The translations under genes and the position numbers were made by a program. 64,000 bases of DNA from Clostridia bacterium. GTDB taxonomy: Bacteria > Bacillota > Clostridia > Oscillospirales > RGIG8002. The stretch is taken from NCBI GenBank assembly GCA_017438525.1, contig JAFRVI010000023.1, positions 2,761 to 66,760 on the forward strand. Reading direction: 5' to 3'. Below the pieces are notes generated by a model, which did not search any database, was not told where the DNA came from, and worked only from the letters and a program-made list of their open reading frames with translations. This document shows, piece after piece, positions 59,046-64,000 of this stretch (positions are counted from its first letter, which is position 1; every line of letters begins with the position of its first letter).

Positions 59046-59841
59046 AAAATTAAACGGCGCCATCAAATCCGTCGCGGAGGCGATACGGAACCGCGACGCC
59101 GCGTTTATACGCGATCTGGCAACGAAGCAGCTTGAACGCAGAGCGGATTATATCGACGTATGTTCGGGAGTTCCGGACGGCGACGCGGACGTGCTCAAGT
59201 GGATGATAGAGCTGATCCAGGAGGATCATCCCGACGTGCGCTTCAGTCTTGACAGTCCGAACACGGATACGATCGTTTCGTGTATCCCTCTCTGCAAGAA
59301 CCCGGGATTTATCAATTCGGTCTCGCTTGAGGGCGATAAGATAGACAAAATAGCCGGAGCTCTCGCCGGTCGGGACGACTGGAAAATAATCGCGCTGCTG
59401 CTTGATGAGACCGGTATGCCGGAGACCGTAGGGAAACGTATGGAGAATTTCGGCGGAATAGTGAAGAAAATCGAAGAATACAAGCTCGATATGGACCGCT
59501 TTTATTTCGATCCGCTCGTCTTCAGTATCGGAACTTCGCCGGACAGCTTCGTCAACTTCATCGGAACGGCCAAACTCATACGCGAACAGTACCCGAAGGC
59601 GCATATCGTCAGCGGCCTTTCCAACATATCCTTTGGGCTCCCGAGCCGCAAAACCATCAATCAGGCGTTTCTTGTGGGCGCGATGATGTCCGGCATGGAC
59701 AGCGCGATCATTGACTCGCTGAGCCGTGATATGATGGGCGCGGTCTACGCCGCGGAGGCGCTTCTGGGCGTCGACGAATACTGCGTCGGATACCTCGACG
59801 CGTTCCGGGAAGATATGTTCGGGATTCAGAAGCAAGGGTAG
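59029..59841 (+). CDS. Pterin-binding methyltransferase (methyl-THF:corrinoid MeTr/AcsE-like)
   Basis: MLIIGEKLNGAIKSVAEAI..RD..FIRDLATKQLERRADYIDVCSG is the typical pterin-binding barrel N-terminus. The ATG lies after AAAAGGAGAG and overlaps the etfA end. Confidence 0.7.
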   Translation: MLIIGEKLNGAIKSVAEAIRNRDAAFIRDLATKQLERRADYIDVCSGVPDGDADVLKWMIELIQEDHPDVRFSLDSPNTDTIVSCIPLCKNPGFINSVSLEGDKIDKIAGALAGRDDWKIIALLLDETGMPETVGKRMENFGGIVKKIEEYKLDMDRFYFDPLVFSIGTSPDSFVNFIGTAKLIREQYPKAHIVSGLSNISFGLPSRKTINQAFLVGAMMSGMDSAIIDSLSRDMMGAVYAAEALLGVDEYCVGYLDAFREDMFGIQKQG

Positions 59842-59906
59842 AAATCATTTCGCTATGTGGATTATGAATGATTTGTATTCGATTGGGTTTGATGTCTTAT
59901 AACAAA

Positions 59907-59940
59907 CGAACAGCGCGGCAGGTGTCTGCCGCGCTATTCG
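59907..59940. terminator. Palindromic element/terminator, copy B (bidirectional)
   Basis: CGAACAGCGCGGCAG-GTGT-CTGCCGCGCTATTCG. Confidence 0.7.
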
Positions 59941-60143
59941 CCTTTTATAAGGTAATCTATCGAAACGCCGAAGTAGTCGGAGAGTCTGAGGAGCGTCTGT
60001 ATGTCAGGGGATCGTTTTCCGGTTTCGTAGTGCGAAAGCGCCTCGCGGCTGATGGAGAGATCCATCGCGACTTTGAGCTGGTTGAGCCCCTTTGCCTTGC
60101 GTATTTTCACAAGTCCGCGCAACGGATATCCATTTATTGCCAT
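59934..60143 (-). CDS. XRE-family HTH transcriptional regulator
   Basis: IRKAKGLNQLKVAMDLSISREALSHYETGKRSPDIQTLLRLSDYFGVSIDYL. Confidence 0.85.
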   Translation of the reverse strand: MAINGYPLRGLVKIRKAKGLNQLKVAMDLSISREALSHYETGKRSPDIQTLLRLSDYFGVSIDYLIKGE

Positions 60144-60167
60144 TCACGTCACCGCCAAAAAAAACTC

Positions 60168-60225
60168 TTGACATTAGTGTAACAATTTGTTACACTAATA
60201 ATGTTACAATTTGTAACATTATAAT
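60168..60225. promoter_or_regulatory. Divergent control region: TTGACA (60168), 23-bp palindrome (60175-60197), 19-bp palindrome (60201-60219), TATAAT (60220)
   Basis: TAGTGTAACAA-T-TTGTTACACTA and ATGTTACAA-T-TTGTAACAT are both perfect palindromes. They are likely XRE operators. Confidence 0.65.
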
Positions 60226-60241
60226 ATTTGGAGGGATAAGA

Positions 60242-60763
60242 ATGGAAGAAACAAAAAAGGTTCAGGTTGCACCTGCTGATGAAGAGGCTGTAATAAGACT
60301 TTGGCAGGATTTTGGATGGAAGCTTTTCAGCAGTCAAGAAATTAAGAATACCGATTCACATCTCGAAAGAAAAGGCGATACGATTTACAATGTGACCACG
60401 ACCGAAAACTATGTAAACCTGCTTTTTAAGCGCGAAACGAATATGGCAAATTACAGCACTATCAAAGAACTTGAAAACCAGTATCTTGCAGTTCCGGAGA
60501 ATAGCGGTCCGTATTCCAGCGCACTTAAGAAATTTCTGATAGCTGTTGCTGCAATACTGATTCTTATAGGAATGCTCATAGTTATTGGAGGGGGAGGCGG
60601 ATTCAGCGCTTTCTTCTTTGTTTTGGCTATTGGAGCGATAGTTGGTGTGTTTTTTAAAGCGAAAAGCGATAGAGCAATCAATGATTCCATCGCCTCGAAT
60701 AATGAGCAAAAAGATGCCCAAAGAGCAGCTCTGCGTCGACAGGCTAAGGAACTTATCTGTTGA
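60242..60763 (+). CDS. Low-GC protein: ~110-aa soluble N-domain, two TM helices, charged C-tail
   Basis: SD GGAGGG 6 nt upstream. Visibly AT-rich compared with its neighbours. No family recognised. Confidence 0.6.
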   Translation: MEETKKVQVAPADEEAVIRLWQDFGWKLFSSQEIKNTDSHLERKGDTIYNVTTTENYVNLLFKRETNMANYSTIKELENQYLAVPENSGPYSSALKKFLIAVAAILILIGMLIVIGGGGGFSAFFFVLAIGAIVGVFFKAKSDRAINDSIASNNEQKDAQRAALRRQAKELIC

Positions 60764-60792
60764 ATGATATAAACTAATAATTCTTTAGTAAT

Positions 60793-60831
60793 AAACGAAT
60801 AGCACGGCAGTCGCTGCCGTGCTATTCGTTT
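60793..60831. terminator. Palindromic element/terminator, copy C (18-bp perfect stem, bidirectional)
   Basis: AAACGAATAGCACGGCAG-TCG-CTGCCGTGCTATTCGTTT. Confidence 0.8.
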
Positions 60832-60843
60832 ATTATTTGTCTA

Positions 60844-61356
60844 CTATTCCTTATCATATCCCGTCAGGTGCAGGGCGCGGGAGGTGACTGCGGCGGTGGC
60901 GAGGCCGGTCACGGTTCCGGCGAGAGCGAGCAGCGGCAGGTACGAAAACACCGCCGCCGAGCTCATGAAGACCGACGCCGCGGCGAGCTGCCCGACGTTG
61001 TGCATAACCGCGCCGGCGACGCTGACTCCGAAGACGGAGAGCTTCTCCTTGAACGCCGCCGTCAGCAGCCACATCGCCGTCATAGCGAGCAGTCCGCCCG
61101 TCAGCGAAAACGCGAGCGACGTGACCGAACCGAAAAGCAGCGCCGAGAGCGTGCATTTCAGCGCCGTAACGCCGTAGGCGTAAGCCGGCCCGTACTTCAG
61201 CAGCAGCACCAGCAGCGCGATGTTCGAGAGCCCGAGCTTGATCCCCGGCAGCGGTATCAGCAGCGAGAGGGGAAGCAGGTGCTCTATATATCCGAGTATC
61301 AGACAGAGCGCGGTCATCAGTCCGCAGACCGTCAGTTTCTTAACGCCGTTCTTCAT
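60844..61356 (-). CDS. Gx transporter family protein (heptaprenyl diphosphate synthase component I-like)
   Basis: LTVCGLMTALCLILGYIEHLLP...PGIKLGLSNIALLV. Confidence 0.75.
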   Translation of the reverse strand: MKNGVKKLTVCGLMTALCLILGYIEHLLPLSLLIPLPGIKLGLSNIALLVLLLKYGPAYAYGVTALKCTLSALLFGSVTSLAFSLTGGLLAMTAMWLLTAAFKEKLSVFGVSVAGAVMHNVGQLAAASVFMSSAAVFSYLPLLALAGTVTGLATAAVTSRALHLTGYDKE

Positions 61357-61360
61357 GCCG

Positions 61361-61744
61361 TCACCCCGCTATCGCGTCGACGTCGGCTTCGGCGCCGACG
61401 ATGCGGAGCGTAACTCCGTTCGGCAGGCAGACGGCGAGCTGTCCCGCCTTCGTCAGCCGTCCGGCGTGTACGCAGTCTTCATTGGGGCAGTTTGACGAGC
61501 TGAAAAACGCGCTTCCGTTCGCGATCGTAACCACGTTTTCATAGTCGCCGTTGACGATATATTCCGCGTCCGTGTCGAGCGGAAGCGTTGCGAGAACTTC
61601 GCCCCCGCGGCTGATCTCGGCGTAAAGCCGGTCTCCGCCCGCCTTCGGGAGCGTGAGCAGGAACACCGCCGCCGCGAGAAGCAGCGCCGCGGCGATGACG
61701 ATCGCGTCGTGCCGTTTGAATTTCAAGCTCAGCTTACTTTTCAT
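61361..61744 (-). CDS. NusG domain II-containing protein
   Basis: N-terminal TM, then NCPNEDCVHAGRLTKAGQLAVCLPNGVTLRI, which is typical of NusG_II proteins next to Gx transporters. Confidence 0.7.
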   Translation of the reverse strand: MKSKLSLKFKRHDAIVIAAALLLAAAVFLLTLPKAGGDRLYAEISRGGEVLATLPLDTDAEYIVNGDYENVVTIANGSAFFSSSNCPNEDCVHAGRLTKAGQLAVCLPNGVTLRIVGAEADVDAIAG

Positions 61745-62768
61745 GAGTGTAATCTCCGCTCGTCAGCGTGAAACCGTCGAAGTCCGCGCCGACTGTGTAA
61801 ATGCGCCTGTCCTTCGTGATGAATAGCGCGGAAACTCCCTCGTTCTGACACTTTCGCATCGCGTTCTCGAGCCCCAGGCAGAAGAGCGTCGTGGAGAGGT
61901 AGTCGCCGCGCGTTCCGCTGTCGGTGACGACGGTCACGCTGCGCAGGTCGTTGTCTATCGGGGATCCGAGCGCGGTGTCGAAGATGTGGCAGTAGCGCTT
62001 TCCGTCAAGCTCGAAATAGCGCTCGTAGTCGCCGGAGGAGGTTACGTACTTATCCTTCAGCGCGAGAGTGCCAACGTAGTCGTTCGCGCCGCCCTCGGGA
62101 TCGCGTACGCCGACCGTGTAGGCGCTGCCGTCGGGCTTTTCGCCCATGACGTAGACGCTGCTGCCGACCTGTATCAGCGCGGATGAAACGCCGTCGGTGC
62201 GGAGCAGCTCGACCGCCTTGTCCGCGGCGTAGCCCTTTGCGATGCCGCCGAGGTCGCAGCTCATGCCTTCATAGGCGAATTTCGCCGTATTGCCGTCGAC
62301 CGTCAGATACTTATACCCGACGCAGAGCATCGCGTCCGCGATCTGAGCGGGAGAGGGGAGAGTCGGGCGGCTGCCGCTCACGGTTTTGCCGTTGACGTCC
62401 CAGAGATCCGTTACGGGCGCTATCGTTATATCGAATACGCCGTCGGACTCAGCGCAGCAGGCGAGCGCCTCCTTCAGCAGTTCCGCGGTCTCGGCGCTCA
62501 CCTCGGCGCCCGCCGCGCCGGAGGCGTTTAGCTTTCCGATATCGCTGTCCGCCTTCGTGCGCGAAAGCTTCGCGTCGAGCTCCGTCACGAGCCGCCCGGC
62601 CTTTTCGAGCGTTCCGTCGCCGCAGTAAGCGGTGAAGGTGACGAAGGTGTCCATCGCGAAGACTGTCGCGGTGCGGACTTCGGCCGCGCCGGATGAGCCG
62701 CCTTTTCCGCAGGCGGCGAGTGTGAATATGAGAGTCAGCGCGGAAAGCGCCGCGATTATCCTTTTCAT
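61734..62768 (-). CDS. apbE: FAD:protein FMN transferase (ApbE) lipoprotein
   Basis: Lipobox LAAC, then FAMDT, DPSGIAKGYA-like GGIAKGYAADK, and HIFD. Confidence 0.85.
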   Translation of the reverse strand: MKRIIAALSALTLIFTLAACGKGGSSGAAEVRTATVFAMDTFVTFTAYCGDGTLEKAGRLVTELDAKLSRTKADSDIGKLNASGAAGAEVSAETAELLKEALACCAESDGVFDITIAPVTDLWDVNGKTVSGSRPTLPSPAQIADAMLCVGYKYLTVDGNTAKFAYEGMSCDLGGIAKGYAADKAVELLRTDGVSSALIQVGSSVYVMGEKPDGSAYTVGVRDPEGGANDYVGTLALKDKYVTSSGDYERYFELDGKRYCHIFDTALGSPIDNDLRSVTVVTDSGTRGDYLSTTLFCLGLENAMRKCQNEGVSALFITKDRRIYTVGADFDGFTLTSGDYTHEK

Positions 62769-62845
62769 CGGGAATCCTCCGTGAGAGTTTATACTTATAT
62801 AATAGCACGGTTTGCGATTTTTTCAAGTAAAACGCGCTCGAAATC

Positions 62846-62874
62846 TTGACATATCCGCTTGTTTGTGAGATAAT
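62846..62874 (+). promoter_or_regulatory. valS promoter (TTGACA-17-GATAAT with TG extension)
   Basis: Read directly. Confidence 0.55.
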
Positions 62875-62939
62875 CTCAAACAGAGAAATGCGAAGACGCG
62901 TCAGCGCGTCCGTTTCATACGAAAGGTACGGGAAAGCAA

Positions 62940-64000
62940 ATGAGAAAAGAGCTCGAAAAAACCTACGACCCCGGCAAAGTGGAAGACAGCATATACGACT
63001 TCTGGCTTAAGGGCAACTACTTCTCCGCGAAGGTCGATCCCGCGAAGAAACCCTACACGATCGTCATTCCCCCACCGAACGTGACCGGTCAGCTCCATAT
63101 GGGACACGCCCTCGACGAAACGATGCAGGATATCCTTATCCGCACCCGCCGTATGCAGGGCTATTCCGCGCTGTGGATCCCCGGCACCGACCACGCCGGC
63201 ATCGCCACGCAGATCGTCGTTGAAGCGGACCTCCGCAACAACGAGGGCAAAACGCGCTACGACCTCGGCAGAGAACGTTTCGTCCGCCGCGTCTGGGACT
63301 GGAAGGAGCTTTACGGCAGCCGCATCCTCAAGCAGCTGCGCAAGCTCGGCTCATCCTGCGACTGGAGCAGGGAACGCTTCACGATGGACGAGGGCTGCTC
63401 CGAGGCGGTCAAGGAGGTCTTCATCAACCTCTACAACAAGGGGCTCATCTACCGCGGCAACCGCATAATCAACTGGTGCCCGCGCTGCACGACCGCGCTT
63501 TCCGACGCGGAGGTCGAGTATAAGGAACAGCCCGGCCACTTCTGGCATATCAGATATCCCATCAAGGGCACGTCGAAATCGCTCGTCGTCGCCACCACGC
63601 GTCCCGAAACGATGCTCGGCGACACCGCGATCGCTGTCAACCTGAACGACGAACGCTACAAATCCATCGTCGGCAAGACCGCGATCCTGCCCCTCGTCGG
63701 CAGGGAAATACCCATCATCGCGGACGAATACGTCGATATGGAGTTCGGCACCGGCTGCGTGAAGATCACGCCCTGCCACGATCCCAACGACTTCGAGGTC
63801 GGCAAGCGCCACGGCCTTGAGGAAATACTCATCATGGACGAGAACGCTTGCATCAACGAGAACGGCGGCCGCTACTTCGGGCTCGACAGATACGCCGCCC
63901 GCAAGCAGATCGTTGCGGACCTCGAGAAGGAGGGCTACCTCGTCAAGATCGAGGATCACGTCCACAACGTCGGCGAATGCTACCGCTGCAAGACGACGGT
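62940..64000 (+). CDS. valS: Valine--tRNA ligase (3'-truncated by window edge)
   Basis: The hand translation gives [30 protein letters not shown] (HIGH motif)...[13 protein letters not shown]. The frame stayed open over the part translated by hand. The remainder to the window edge is assumed open because the ORF track reports no stop-terminated ORF here. Confidence 0.9.
   Translation, partial: MRKELEKTYDPGKVEDSIYDFWLKGNYFSAKVDPAKKPYTIVIPPPNVTGQLHMGHALDETMQDILIRTRRMQGYSALWIPGTDHAGIATQIVVEADLRNNEGKTRYDLGRERFVRRVWDWKELYGSRILKQLRKLGSSCDWSRERFTMDEGCSEAVKEVFINLYNKGLIYRGNRIINWCPRCTTALSDAEVEYKEQPGHFWHIRYPIKGTSKSLVVATTRPETMLGDTAIAVNLNDERYKSIVGKTAILPLVGREIPIIADEYVDMEFGTGCVKITPCHDPNDFEVGKRHGLEEILIMDENACINENGGRYFGLDRYAARKQIVADLEKEGYLVKIEDHVHNVGECYRCKTT

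Noticed and set aside
62830-62939. T-box riboswitch upstream of valS.
   Set aside because: The leader between the predicted -10 and the ATG is only ~65 nt. It has one short hairpin and no specifier-loop or T-box sequence.

Overview
By eye this window is roughly 55-62% GC. The gene content (NrdD, IorAB, EtfAB, YpeB, a cohesin/dockerin protein) points to an anaerobic, spore-forming Clostridia-like Firmicute. Positions 1 to about 35012 are the right-hand ~35 kb of an integrated prophage whose left end and integrase lie outside the window. It carries a tightly coupled plus-strand early module: metallophosphoesterase, annealing-protein candidate, PD-(D/E)XK exonuclease, NinB-like protein, DUF3850, DUF3310, HNH, SSB, a replisome organiser with an embedded AT-rich iteron block, and RusA. 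A minus-strand hicAB pair follows. Then comes a long late operon: TerS, TerL, portal, phage Prp protease, scaffold, N4-gp56-type capsid, fibre-like proteins, a 2979-aa polyvalent protein, three more fibre proteins, two holins, an M23 endolysin and a BhlA-like protein. The late operon ends in a 49-aa ORF absent from the ORF track that encodes a stand-alone NrdD-type glycyl-radical peptide. The prophage abuts the 3' end of a tRNA-Arg(CCG). Positions 35-64 kb are host genes: a split class III ribonucleotide reductase (catalytic ORF plus a separate 52-aa glycyl-radical ORF), comEA, iorAB, rpsO-pnp, tspO, a cohesin/Big_2/dockerin protein, a DUF11 protein, DAK2-DegV-plsX, mnmA, ypeB, a five-tRNA operon, an MTHFR-like/etfBA/methyltransferase operon, a low-GC XRE plus membrane-protein cassette, Gx transporter/NusG_II/apbE, and the 5' part of valS. 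The points most worth a second look are: the phage and host pair of stand-alone RNR glycyl-radical peptides; the giant polyvalent virion protein; the phage Prp together with L27-like propeptides on scaffold and capsid; a three-copy late-promoter-like motif; an unusual heptamer/hairpin array beside the tRNA cluster; and palindrome-bounded cassette junctions that include a relic gene fragment. All functional calls rest on motif recognition by eye; no database search was run.
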